A DNA stretch of 64,000 bases. Origin: Lama glama. Lineage: Eukaryota. Made by a program: the position numbers and the translations under genes. Within the stretch, counting starts at the first letter, position 1, and the number at the start of each line of letters is the position of its first letter. The stretch spans positions 89,344,001 through 89,408,000 of the forward strand of contig CM052816.1 of NCBI GenBank assembly GCA_028534125.1. Direction: 5' to 3'. Positions 38,868 to 52,599 of the stretch are shown here, in pieces. Under the pieces are notes generated by a model, which saw only the letters and a program-made list of their open reading frames with translations, did no database searches and was not told the origin of the DNA.

Positions 38868-39090
38868 GGATATTTGTTGAGCACTTACTATGTATCAGGC
38901 ATTGCATACCATTTGCAACAATACCATGCTGTATCATCATGATGTTGATATTATGATTATTTTTGTTTTACAGAGGATAAAACTGTTATACAGAGTTAAG
39001 TAACTTGCCCAAGATCAATCACATGGTTAGTAATAAATGCAACTGGACAAGATGTATAAGCTAGATAGAGCTTCAGCTTTTGAGTTCTCA
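38868..39090 (-). mobile_element. MIR relic
   Basis: ttgagcacttactatgtatcaggcattg...tttacagaggataaaactg...gttaagtaacttgcccaagatc. Confidence 0.7.
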
Positions 39091-39609
39091 TTTTTTAAAA
39101 ATAGAGTTAAAAACATAAAATCTGTATCAAGCTCTTTGTGGAATAATTATAGCAGAGAAAATAGATGTTCCAGAATACATATAGTTTACTGAGCCAGAGG
39201 TGAGGTTCCCCTTCTTGGTTCTTTAGAATGGATTTGATATTATTATAATGTTCCTCTTGTTCCAGAGGTAGTAAGATAGTAAGATATTTGAGATGGCTCA
39301 ATACCATAAAAAGGAAAATTCACCCAAAATTGCATGAAGCCATTTATGTATACTAGAATCTAATCCCTAGGGGGTCCAATAGGGACATGCTTTTTAAGAA
39401 AAATCGCTCTAACAACCCCAAAATACATACATCATAGATAGTGTAGGAAAAGGCAATAGGTTCCAGGTAGCCGAAGGACACTGTGACCCAGATGGTGTTG
39501 GCGGTAAGACAGGTGGAACTGTCTATGGTCACTTTCTGGAGTGGAAGGTAACTAAGCTGAGGAGTGGAGTTCAGATGAAGGACCAGGTGTGATCATAATG
39601 TTGACCAAT

Positions 39610-40680
39610 GTCAACTAGTGTTTTTCTCAACACTTAAGTTCAAACTAAATGGTAAATCAATTCATGCTTAAACTATAAAAGCCAAAACTCTCAGTATGCT
39701 ATAAAAATTCATCCACTTAAAAAAAAGAACAATGTGGTGAAGGAATTTTAATGTATGATACGAATCTAATAATCAATAGGAAATGACATGAATTTAAATG
39801 AAGAAACATTTGAAAATATAGATGTCAAATAATTACGCTAGCCCTAATAAGATGGAAAGGTAAACTTAAACACAGAGCGAAGTACTGATTTTCATTACGT
39901 AAGGAGCTTTTTGCAATAAGAAAAATTACACTACAATCAAATACACATGGGGAAATTAACAAGAGATTCCTGGGAAAAACATGTTCATTATATTTAAAAA
40001 AGTCTCAAATTTTACTAGTAATTTAAGAAACCACAAAGGAGAAGAAGATAGCAGTGTTTGGCTACCAAGTATGCAAATTTGATAATTCTAAAAATTGTTA
40101 ATGTGCAGAACTGTTAGCAGAAAGGTTAATTCCCACAGTTTTTTGAAGGGTACTTTGACAATATCTATCAAAATTTCTATAATAATATATTTATTGTAGA
40201 AAACTATAGGTATACTGACATGGATGTGCAAAGATATATGAAAAAGGGTGCCCTTGCTTGCAGTTTTGTTCACAATAGTGGAAAGTAGAAAACACACTCA
40301 AACTACACTGATAAGGAAGTGTTCAAATAAATGATTCTTCAAACATATACTGATACCCTTGGCAGCTTAAAATGGGTGAATTCAAACTGTATATGCTGAC
40401 ATTTAAAGATCCAGATTCTTTTAGTTAGAAAAGCATTTTCAGAAATCCATGTGGAATAACATCCAATTTATTTTTAAAAATAAATATGTGTTGCAGAATA
40501 TGCATTTACATACATAGGAAATATCTGAAGGGTCCATAAGCACATGGGTGGAAATCACTTCTAGAAGAAAAGAGCTGCAGCTTTATTTGGTATGAGAGAA
40601 GTACGTTCTTCTTCATTAACGTAATATATTCATGTTGTTTATGAAATGATAAAAAGTAAAATGTAGGTTTGTGATAATAA
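39610..40680 (+). mobile_element. Ancient L1 (L1ME-like) 3' region
   Basis: A-rich degenerate ORF2 end and 3'UTR (tgtgcaaagatatatg...gcagttttgttcacaatag). Confidence 0.5.
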
Positions 40681-41693
40681 AGGAATTAGTCACATTTACA
40701 CTAACTTAAAGCTGTATCAGTTTCTAATACTGGTAACAGCTAATGCTAGTGCCATGGTGTGATGACTGACAGCAAAATTTTCTCAGCATATGGTGCCGGA
40801 GAAGATTATTATTTTTACTCTATGCACGTTAACTGAGTTTTGAATTATCCAGTCGTTAAAAAAAAAAAAGAATTCTTCCCTTTTATCTCTCCAATTCTTT
40901 CTGGAAAGAAGGAGAGAGAGTGAAGGCATTTAATGTGCTGAGAACTGTAATAGTGGCTAGTAATAAAACAGTAAATAAAACAAGGTCCCTAAACTTGAGC
41001 AGGCTGCAGACATAGAAACAGAAAATTTCAATATGGCGTTTGTTAAACAAAAACATAGAGGAGCCATAGGGTTGAACAGAGAGCCCAGCTTGCAGACTAG
41101 AGAAGACGTCCTCTGAATCTTACATAACGTATCAAGGGTTGTCAGTTAGACAAGGGGAAAAAAGATGCATATTACATAGAGCACATATGAAGAAAAATGC
41201 TCCTCTCTCTTCACTGTGGGGTTATATAGTTTAGCGTGTGTATATGTATGCACGTGTTTGTGTGGTTAAGGGCGAGTAAACAGGATTACCATGCAAATGA
41301 TGGATTCCCTATAGAGTTTTGCAAAATGTGCTATGAGAATACAGAGAAGGTAAGAGAAGGCAACACCAGAGACTTCCTGGTCGTGCAAGTTTTTATCAGA
41401 TTATTGTTTCTTGTGTATCTACGATGCTAAGAAATAGTCATAGAGCCTTCCGAGTAATTGCTGTGTGTTGTGTTGCTGGCGAGAGAAGTGTAATGTCGCT
41501 GTATGTGTCTTGTCAGTGAGTAATAATCAGCAGACAGAGTCAGTGGCATTCTGGATGTTTTAACAAAGAGACAAAAAGAAAATTGCAGTGGTTTTTGGTG
41601 CACGTTATAATACAGGGTTTTTCTTTATCTCTTTGATTTATATACACCGCGTAATTTCAACTATTATCGAGGGAATCATATCCCGCTAAAGAA

Positions 41694-41918
41694 TAGTTTT
41701 TCAGCCGTGCCACTATTGACATTTTGGACTGAATAATTATTTGTTTTGGGAGTGGGGGCGGGGACTGTCCTGTGCATTATAGGATGTTTAACAGCATCCC
41801 TGGTCTCTTCTTTCCCCATTAGATTCCAATAGCATCCCTCCCAGTGCTGCCATGTTGTGATGTCTTCAGACATCGTCAAAAGATCTCTGGAGGCCAAAAT
41901 TGCTTTTGAGAATCACTG
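41694..41918 (-). mobile_element. MER20 fossil
   Basis: cactattgacattttggactgaataatt...ctgtcctgtgcattataggatgtttaacagcatccctgg...ttgagaatcactg. Confidence 0.8.
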
Positions 41919-43721
41919 CCCCCCGCCCAAAATAACATTCAAGATAAAAGAATGAAAAAAATTCAAATTATAAACATGAATGGAAGAAATTATATTTGTT
42001 AAATTTAGAGTCACTACCAAAGAGGATCACATAGTGTTAAAATGCTCATGCCATATATTTTATGACCAAAACCAATTCAATCTGCACAGGTAAGCAATTT
42101 TCATGTTTAGATATTAGTTGCCATATTTAAATACATAACGCTATAAAATCAGCGAGGAAAACCATTGACTAAAGTTAGGTTATTCGTGCTCACAGAAAGA
42201 AAAGTAACAGCATGGCTACTTGAGAGTCATAGTTCTAATTTAAAAAAAAATCTGCCTGTTTTTATAGCATTGATTTAGAAAAGGACCATTTGAATTATGA
42301 TGGCTGTCTACTAAGCTGTCATATTGCTTTTTTAAACTTATCTAAAAATGTGATTGCATTTAACAAAGTGAATATATGTGGACAGAATGATATTATAATA
42401 TTATAGAGGGCAAATGTAACCTGATAGGACTATGAAGAGACTTGTACACATTTAACATTTTTTATTTTCTGTGATATGTGGTTTATTACCATTCCAGCCT
42501 TGATGACTTTACCACCTCCTGTCAATTATTCTATAGAAGTACTTTATACATTTGTTTTGCTATTTTTTTAATTAAATGTCTAAGTTTTTCAAAACTGAGT
42601 CCTAAGAATATGAAAAGTTAATATTATTATCATTGCACAAAGAGGATAATAACCCTGTGGTGAAATTATTCCAGTTTTTGGAGTCAGTGTTCAGGAGCAC
42701 ACGGGGCTTTTTGTAAATAAAGATAGAATGAATATAATCTTATTTGTAAATAGCATTGCCATTCTGAGACGGAAAGGCACTCTTAAGTGTTTCAAGACAT
42801 TTAGCAGTATTGCAATGACATACATTATTTTACCATAAAAAAGGTAGCAAATTTTTTTAAATTGTGTGTTTTGGTAGATCTCTTTTAAAAAACAGTAAAA
42901 GAAAAAAGTAATTTTGTCTCTTCTATTTGTATGTAAGTTACCCAAATTTCTGCAGTTCTAGTCTTGCTTTTACGTGGAATCAGGAGATTTTAGCACCAAT
43001 TTAAATTTGGATGTCTTGCAACACCTTTAAATTTTCAAAATATTGCTTTAGATATAGAAATTGTTTCAAAGAAAACCATTCCAGATCGCAATCCAATTTG
43101 CTTGAAAATAAATCTTACATCTTCTGTTTTTCACAGAAACATATTTATAAGGAAGTATATAAATCTTGACCTATTCTCTTCTGTATGTTAATAAAATATA
43201 CCTATAATTAACATTATTTAAGAGCATTTTAAAACTTGGATTATAGGAATAAGGGTTTTTCATTCATTGGAGAGAGAACAAAATATTATATGAAAATTAT
43301 GAATATATAACTTATGAACTTTAATTCCAATGGAGTACTAAAACTTAATTTGGCATATAAGGAGAAGATGAATTTTGCCATATGACCCTTAAATTCTGCA
43401 AGGTTCCTTGCCTTGGGAGATGTATTACAACATCCCTAATTTTTTTTTTCATGTTTTCTTTGTTCTCTTCCAATCTCTAAACCCCAGACCTGTTTCCATT
43501 TGCAGCTGTGTTCTCTGTTGCAAAGCAACAAGAAGAGATACCAGCTGTGCTTATTTTATTGTGCTGGTTGTTGGGGAACTGATTTAGTTCTGCTCAAGCA
43601 TCTTGGGAGCTTCACCTGGCTATCTTCCAGGATTCTAGTAGCCATTTTAAAATTATTTCCCTGGGGCATAGCTTCAGAATGAGATAATGTCAGTAAAGTG
43701 AGGCAGACACTACAGTGCTAC

Positions 43722-43838
43722 ATGGTAAGTTAGAGTGTGTATGAAGAATCACATAGGACAACTGATGGTAAGTTAGAGTGTGTATGAAGAATCACATGGT
43801 AAGTTAGAGTGTGTATGAAGAATCACATAGGACAACTG
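43722..43838 (+). repeat. Perfect complex tandem duplication A-B-A-A-B
   Basis: A = atggtaagttagagtgtgtatgaagaatcac (31 nt) x3; B = ataggacaactg (12 nt) x2. Confidence 0.95.
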
Positions 43839-43989
43839 ATAAATCATAAATTGGACAAATGTTTCTAAGATTCGTTAAGTTTTTTTTTTATTCTTAATTT
43901 TCATCTCATACTTTTTCTTCTGTGTCAGTTAGCTTTTGTATTATAACAAACCAAGCCACAATTTGCTGGCTCAAGATAACATTCATTTT

Positions 43990-44840
43990 ACAATGAACTA
44001 TCAGAAAGAGAAATTAAGAAAATGATCCTATTTCCATAAAATCAAAAAGAATAAAATACTTAGGAATAAATTTAACCAAGTAGGTGAAAAATCTGTATGC
44101 TGAAAACAATAAGATATTGAGGAAATAAAATGAAGAAGACCAAGTAAATGGAAAGATATTCTGTGTTCATGGATTGAAAAGATTAATATTGTTAAAATAT
44201 CCATATTACCTAAAGCAATTGGCAAATTAAGTACAATCCCTATTAAAATCCTAATGGCATTTTTCACAGACACAGAACAAACAATCCTAAAATTTGTATA
44301 GATCCTCAAAAGACTCCAAATAACCAAAGCAATCATAAGAAAGTGTAATGGTAGAGGATTCATATTTCCTGATTTCAAACTATATTATAAAGCTGTGTGA
44401 TCAAAACAGTACATGGCATAAAAATGAACATATGGATCAGTGGAACAGAATAAAGAGCCTGGAAGTACCCATGTATATATGGTTATTTAGTTATTGATAA
44501 AATAGCTAATAATATATAATGGGGAAAGGATAGTCTCTTCAATAAATGGGGTTGGGAAAACTGGACATCTCCACATAAAAGAATGAATTTGGACCCCTAA
44601 CTTGCACTGTACATAAAAATCAACTCAAGATGGATTAAATACTTGAACCTAAGACTTGCAACCATAAAATTCCTAGCAGAAAACATAAGGGGTAAACTCC
44701 TTGACATCAATCTTGGCAATGACTTTTTAAAATTTGAAATCAAAAGCAATAATAAACAAGTGGGGCTACACTGAACTTTAAAATTTCTGCACAGCAAAGC
44801 AAATGATCAACAAAATTAACCTATGAAATGGGAGAAATAT
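43990..44840 (+). mobile_element. Internal L1 ORF2 fragment with no 3'UTR or polyA
   Basis: aaatacttaggaataaatttaacc; tggaaagatattctgtgttcatggattg; ctcttcaataaatggggttggg; ends at gggagaaatat. Confidence 0.88.
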
Positions 44841-45551
44841 GTCACAGTCACTATTAGGGCAGCATTTCAAGAGAGAGCAGAAGCTTCCAGGTTTTTTGAA
44901 GAGAAGTCTCAGAAGTTCTACTTTACTTTTGCTGTGTTCTATTACTGTAAATACATCAGTTGAAACAATATTCTGTAGGTATTTATTGAATGATTGCATG
45001 TCAGCCTTTTCAACCTATACTTATGTCTGGAGGAAGGAGTTTGTAGAAATGTAGTCTTTTAATTTTTTGAACATCGTTGTTCTGATATCTGGTAAAAAAC
45101 TTTGTATTGCTTTATGGAATAATTATTCCTTTTATTTTCCTATGAATAATTACCTTTGTTTTTGCAAATTCAAGAAGGACCACAAAGTCAATTTACTTTA
45201 TCACTTTTTTTAACGATTGATGTGACCTACCAGATTGCATTTTAAGCTACTTCAGATTCCTTAGTTTCTGTATTTACTTCTTACGAGAGTAGACTAGCTT
45301 CAGAATCCCCTAATAAAATGGATCAATGCAAAATAGAAAGGACTTCACAAGAACAGATAAATTACTTCACCACAGGTTGGATCTAGTTTACAAAAAGTAA
45401 ATCTGCACATTATGTTTTTTAAAGTATATCCAGAAAATTGGTTTTCATTTATGTACCTCTCAGTGTAGGAAATGGGAATACAGAGCAAACCAAGGGGGTG
45501 AAAGATTTACCAGCAGAGAATATAAAACATTAATTAAGGGAATTAAAGGTG

Positions 45552-48500
45552 CATTCTTGCCACCTTGGTCAAAGGTTAATTGACAGTAGGTGTGGGTTTT
45601 TTTTTTTTTCTGTGCTTTCTATTCTGTTCCATTGATCCATATATCTTTGTGTCAATACCATGCTGTTTTGATTACTGTAACTGTAACAGTGTTCGAAGTC
45701 TGGGAGAGTTGTGCCCCCAGCTTCATTTTTTCTTTTTTTTTTCTTTAGTATTGCTTTGGCAATTCTGGGTCTTTTGTGATTCCATATAAATTTTAGGATT
45801 ATTTGTTCTAGCTTTGTCAAAAATATACCGGGTAATTTGCTAAGGATTGTGTTAAATCTGTAGGTTGCTTTGGGTAGTATGGCCATTTTAACAATATTAA
45901 CTCTTCCAATCCAAGAGCATGGGATATCTTCACATTTCTTTATATTATCTTTAATTCCTTTAATCAATGTTTTGTATTCTTTGCTGCTAAGTCTTTCACC
46001 TCCTTGGTCAGGTTTATTCCTAGGTATTTTTTGATACAATTTTAAAAGGGATTTTTTTAACTTTTGTTTTCTGTTATTTCATTGTCAGTGCAAAGAAATG
46101 CAACAGACTTCTGTATGTTAATCTTGTATACTGTTACCTTGCAGAATTCATTTATCAGCTCTAGTAGTTTTTGTGTGGCGTCTTTAGGATTTTCTATAGT
46201 CAGTATCATGTCATCTACATATAGTGACAATTTTACCTCCTCTCTTGCAATTTGGATCCCTTTTATTTCTTTTTTTGTCTGATTGCTATGGCTAGGATTT
46301 CCAATACTATGTGAATAGAAGTGGTGAGAGTGGCCATCCTGTCTTGTTCCAGATTTTAGCTTTCAACTTTTCACCATTGAGTATTATGTTGGTTGTGGGT
46401 TTGTCATACATAGCTTTTATTATGTTGAGATATGTTCCCTCTATACCCACTTTGGTAAGAGTTTTTATCATAAATGGATGTGGAATTTTATCAAATGCCT
46501 TTTCTGCATCGATTGAGATGATCATGTGGTTTTTGTTCTTTCTCTTGTTGATGTGGTTTGACATTGATTGATTTGCATGTGTTAAACCATCCTTGTGATA
46601 CTGAGATGAATCCAACTTGATCGTAGTGTTTGATCATTTTTGTGTGTTGTTGAATTCAGTTTGCTAATATTTAGTTGATAATTTTTGCACCTATATTTAT
46701 CAAAAATATTGCCTTGTAAATTTCTTTTTTTGTTAATGTCTTTGTCTGGTTTTGGTTATCTGGGTGATGGTGGCTTCATAGAATGAGTTTGGGAGTGTTC
46801 CCTTCTCTGCATCTTTCGGAGAAGTTTGAGAATGATCTGTATTAAGTTCTTCTAGGTTGCCCAATTTGTTTTCATATAATTATTCATTGTATTCCTTTGT
46901 GGTTTTTTTCATATTTCTGTGGAAATTTCTGTGGTATCCTTTGTAATTTCTCCTCTTTCATTTCTTATTTTGTTTATTTGGGTTCTCTCTCATTTTATCT
47001 TAGTGAGCCTGGCCATAGGTTTATTGATTTTGTTTACTCTTTTAAAAACCAGCCCTTAGTTTTACTGATTTTTTTCTATTGTTTTCTTTGATCTCTATCT
47101 TATTTATTTCCTTTCTGATTATTAATATTTATTCTTCTGCTGACTTTAGGTTTTGTTTGTTCTTCTCTTTCTAATTATTTTAGATGGTAGGTTAGGTTGT
47201 TTATTTAAGATTTTTCTTGTGTTTTGAGGAAGACCTGTATCACTATGCAATTTCCTTTTAGGACTGCTTTTGCTGCATCCCATAGATTTTGTGTGGTTGT
47301 GTCCTCATTGTCATTTGTTCTAAGGTGTTTTTTATATTTTCTCTTTGATTTCATCTTTGACCCATTGGGTTTTTAGTGACATGTTGTTGTCTCCATGTAG
47401 TTCGTTCTTTTTTTCTTCCTTCTTTCCTTCCTTCCTTCCTTCCTTCTTTCCTTTCTTCCTTTCTTCCTTTCTTTTCTTTCTTCTTTTCTTTTCTTTCTTT
47501 TCTTTCTTTTCGCTGTGGTTGAGTTCTAGTTCCATGCCATTGTGGTAACAAAAGATGCTTGAAATAACTTCTATCCTCTTAAATTTCTTGAGGCTTGTTT
47601 TGTGTCCTCGTATGTGATCTGTCCTAGAGAATGTTCTGTGTGTGTTTGAAAAAATGCATATTCTGATTTTTTTGGATGTAATGTCCTGAAAATATGAATT
47701 AAATCTAACTATTCTATTTCTCTTGTGTCTCTTAGTATCTCTGTCGCCTTACTGATTTTCTATCTGGAAGATCTGTCCATTAATGTTAATGGGGTGTTAA
47801 AATCTCCTACTATTATTGCATTCCCATCAGTTTCTCCCTTTATGTCTGTTAATGTTTATTTTATGTATTTAGATGTTCCTATATTGGGGACATATATGTT
47901 AACATGTGTAATATCCTCTTCTTGTATGGATCTTTTTTATCATTATATAGTGTCCTTTATCTTCTTTGTGGCCTTTGTTTTAAAGTCTGTTTTGTCCAAT
48001 GAGTATTGTTACCTCTGCTTTCTTGTCATTTCTATTTGCATAAAATATTTTTTCCATCCCCTCACTTTCAGTGTATGTGTATCCTTTGTCCTAAAGTTGA
48101 TCTCTTGTAGGCAGCATATTGTAGGCTCTTATTTTATTATCCAATGTGCCACTCTATGCCTTTTGATTGGAGCATTTAGCCCAGTGACATTTAAAGTAAT
48201 TATTGATAAATATACATTTATTGCCATTTTAAACCTTGTTTTCTAGTTGATTTTGTATTTCTTTTTTATTTCTTTCTTTTTGTTCTTCCTGTTCTGGTAT
48301 GCTTGAATTCTCTTGTTTTTGACTTTTGTGACTCTATTGTATGTTTTTGATTTGTCGTTTCCCTGTTCCAGATAAAGTATTCTTGGTTGTAAGTTTTTTG
48401 TTTTTTTGTTTTTTTTTCTTTTTCCTTTTAGCACTTCAAATATATTGTGCCAGTCCTTTCTGGCCTGTAAAGTTTCTACTCAATCAACTAATAGTCTTAT

Positions 48501-50330
48501 GAGGGGTTATTTATATATAACTAGTTGTTTTTCTGCTTTTAAGAGTCTCTTTATTTTTAACTTTGGACATTTTAATTATAATGTGTCTTGGTGTGAGTGG
48601 TGTGAGTCTCCTTGGATTCAATTTATTTGGAACTCTGTGCTTCCTAGATTTGGATGTCTTTTTCCTTCACCAGATTAGAGAAGATTTTTCTTCAAGTGAG
48701 TTTTTTGTCCCTTTCTCTCTCTCTTCATATGCTGGGACCCCGAACGTGCAAATTTTTGTATGCTTGATGTTGTCTTAGAGGTCCCTTGAGCTAGCCTCAT
48801 TTTTCTTTCTTTTCTCTTTTTTTCTGATTGGGTGATTGCCACTGTTATTCCATCTTCCAGGTTGCTGACCCATTCTTTTGCATCTTCTAATGTTCAATTG
48901 ATTCCTTCTAGTGTATTTTTCATTTTAGTTACTATATTTCTCAATTATGAATTTTGTTTAATATTTTTTATCCTTAAAGTTCTCACTAAGTTCAGCCACT
49001 TCTCCCAAGCTTGGTCAGCATCTTTATAGCTATTACTATGAACTCTTTATCTGATAAATTGCTTATCTCCCCTTTAGTTAGTTTTCTGAGCTTTGTTGCT
49101 GCTGTTCTTTCTTTTGAAAAATATTTCTTTGTCTCCTCATTTTGTCTAAGTCTCTGTGTTTGTTTTTGTGTATATTAGATACATTAGCACCATCTCCCAG
49201 TCTTGAAAGAGTGGCTTTCTTGGAAGCTGTCCTTTGGGGCCTGGTGACACAATCCCCCTTGGTCACTAGAGACCGGTACTTTAAGGACATCCCATGTGGG
49301 CTGCCGGTGCCCTTCTCTTGTGATTGGGCTGCAGCTGCTGTTGGTGCACTGATGGGTGGGACTGCCCCCTGCCTATGTGTCAGGCCCAGCCATGACTTTT
49401 TTAGGCACGCTGGGAGGTTAGGCTGGTCCCGGCTTGTCTAGCTGAAAGGTGTGATACAACACCTATGAACGTGGTGATGCGCTGGGGCTGACCCCTGACA
49501 CTGCTGGCCGTGAGGCCCCACTGTAATTGCTGCAGGCTGTTCCCCCCAGGTGGGAGCTACTTTGGAAAGACTGGTGGAAGCTGAGGCCACAAACTTGGGA
49601 GGCAGTGTGGGAGCTGATGTGATGGGCTGCTGGTACCAGTCTTCAAGGAACACTAGTGCAGGGCATATAGTATTAGCTAGGTTAATGGAGAGTGACAATA
49701 ATGGTGCTCACTAGCTCTGGGCCAGCTTTGTGAAAAGAGTGTTAAAAAAATAAAAGATACCTACCAGCACTTTTGTCCCTGGAGAAAGTTCCATCAGCTT
49801 CCTGCTTCTTTGGCAAATGTCCTAAAACAAGTCAATGAATCTCCTTCTCATATGACCTGGGCACTTTTTAAGCTGCTGCCTCTTCACTAGGACTTGGAGT
49901 GAGTGAGTTTGTATGTGAGCCCTTCATTGTAATGTCTCAGTTTCCAGCAGTCCTCTGGCTCTCCTAGACATGAGCCCCCTTGTTTTCAAATCCAGACATT
50001 ATAGGGACCAGTCTTGGTGCAGATCCCCTAGACTGGAGAGCCTAACATGCAGTTCAGACCTAAGGGAGGGACTCTTACTGTTGTGATACCCCTTCCACTT
50101 GTGGATTGCCACACTGAGGGTGTGAGTTCTGATTAAACTGTGTCTCTGCCCCTCCTACCATTTCAATGATGGCCTTTTCTTTATGTCCCTAGTTGTAGAA
50201 AAGCTGTTCTGCTGGTCTTCGTGCTGTCCTCAGAGGTAGTTGTTCTGTATGTAGTTATAGTTTTAGTGTGTCCACAGGAGGAGGGGTACTCAGGACTTTC
50301 ATGCTCTGCTGTCTTGATCTGGACTCCAGT
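45552..50330 (-). mobile_element. L1 with 5'UTR, ORF1 and ORF2 (EN-RT); 3'-truncated and internally deleted
   Basis: ORFs 45569-46039 and 46307-46615 ([14 protein letters not shown]); EN region ~47560-48240; ORF1 remnants ~48370-49200 (KMRRQRNIFQKKEQ); GC-richer 5'UTR ~49200-50330. Confidence 0.9.
47405..47510 (+). repeat. (TTCC)/(TTTC) microsatellite inside L1
   Basis: Pyrimidine simple repeat interrupting ORF2. Confidence 0.9.
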
Positions 50331-52599
50331 ACATTTATACTATTAAATTTCAACTAGTCAATCCTAATGCGACTCTGCCATTGACTTTTTTCATGGAAGA
50401 AAATTAGTATTGAATTTTTGGTAGCACAATGAACTATTTTTGGCAAAGCAACCACACAATCCATGATTCCATTTACCTGCACCATCACAATGGAATGTTT
50501 CCCCAGTCTCACTGATGAGTTCATTATGTGAGTCTCACTAAATGACCTCTTTAAATCTTCCACCGCTGTGTCACACTGAAGTGCCACAGAATATTGGAAA
50601 TGTCATGCTTCTTTTGAAGGGGATCACTTCTCTGAAAGTTTATCACAGCATTGTGTGTATATATAGCAAGGAAGAACCAAGCACAAATATAAGAATATGT
50701 GATCGTTTTTGTTTTAACCAACTGTTTGTGGTAAGTTGTTAGGCTACAGTAGAAAGTAACACCACTAGAATAATCTAAATATTCTTCAGTGAACAATGTG
50801 GAATGTTATGTAGCTATTAAAATTATATTTACCTAGTTGACCTGGAAATGTCCATAATGTGTTGTTAGGTGCAGAAAAAGTTGTATAGAGTCCTGTTTAG
50901 TATGTCCATAACAACCAGATAGACCTTTAAATGAGTGCAGGTAGTTATGGAGAGACATATCTCTGTTAAGATTGCTTTTTTTAAGGGTAATGGCACAGGA
51001 GTTGAATTTATTTTTCTTACTAAGATCATGTTTTACTTCTCTAATTTAAAATATTCTATAAGATAAATGCAATTAATGACAAGATTTGATTGATTAGGAT
51101 ATTTTTGTATTGTCCTTTCAGCAAAGGGATGTAAGAGCAGCAGCCTTGGAATTGCTTTGTAACTAAATTTACACTCTGATAGCGTCTGTGTGATTAAAAC
51201 AGCTACTGAGATGGCAACTGACAAAACCATGCAAAACTGAGTGATTCTAAGCAACATTTCATAAACCTCTTCCACCAGGTTTAATTTGCAGTCTTTAGAA
51301 CTATATATATACATATATACAGATAAAATATATAAAATAGTAATTATACATATTTTATAGTATTATATATAATTATATATGTAGATACATTAATAATAAT
51401 AAAATCAGCCTAGTGAGTAATAAGCCTCTACTGTCTATACTTTGGTTTACATTATTGAGTGCTTTGCAAACTCTTACCTGTCTATACAGAGCCAAAGTAG
51501 CATGCTTGTGATATGTTTATGTTTCTATATTTTAAACCATCTAGATCATATGTTTAAATAATTTGATCTCAATTTAGACTTATTTTGTTATATCAACAGA
51601 GAAAATGAGAAGAAATGTTGTATGTGGATGAGCCAAAGAATAAGAACAATTACAAAATATTTTATATCACTGTATCATAAAGGCCGTTTTCCCAAAGCAT
51701 TTCATAGTATTTTCAATTCACAAGAGTCATTGTCAACAAAGTTCTGCAGTAACATTGTAGAGGGTGGCAGCTCAGTAAGTTGTGTCCCTGAGACAGGATA
51801 ACTTGCAGCAAAATAACACTAGCCCAACTGTAGTAAGCAGTGTGAATGAGAAATCGACTTTTATTGTTTAATGCCTCTGAAATTTGGGATTATTATTGCA
51901 ACGTAACTTAACCTGCTCTTTCTGATATATGTCCCCTTGACATGTCACAGAGGATATCCCAAAAAGATATCATATTTGAAAAATAAGCCAGAACTACAAA
52001 CTAAGTTACCTACAGTGGATAAGAGATTCTGAAAATTCCAGAGCATTGAAAACATTAAAAAGTAATTAATGAGGAAAGAGACAGATCACTTTTATAGCCC
52101 CACACACTGAAGGTGAAAATAATTTGGCTCCAAAAGCCCTTGCAAATATAAGAACTCAGGGAAGGACCTGGGGAAGTCACCTGGGCAACTGTTAAATTAA
52201 AGATTTCATAACAAGGAAATTTTTTTAAACTTTTCTTTGCATACAAATAAAATGTATTTTTATTATACTGTAAAATATTTGATTTTTTTTTCTATCTGAG
52301 GGGCATTGGGGCACAAGAATGAAGCAGAAAACAGTTTCCAGTAAAGCAAACAATCCACATAACAAAGGAATAAAAAAGAACAAAACAGCTCTTACTAGTA
52401 GGCAAAAGAATAAAACAGCTCTTACCATAAAGGTTCTTCTTTTGATGCAAACCAATCATCCCCTTAGGGGCACAAGAATCCTTGACCTGCCTGGCAAATA
52501 GATCAGCCCATTCAGCCACACTTATCAAGAGGTAGCATTCCTACTTAAAATAGGAAACATCAAATGCTTTTAAAATTTTTTCTATTTTAAATTTTAATT

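Noticed and set aside
43722..43838. CRISPR-like array (31-nt repeats)
   Set aside because: Mammalian context; the spacers are identical or absent and there are no cas genes.
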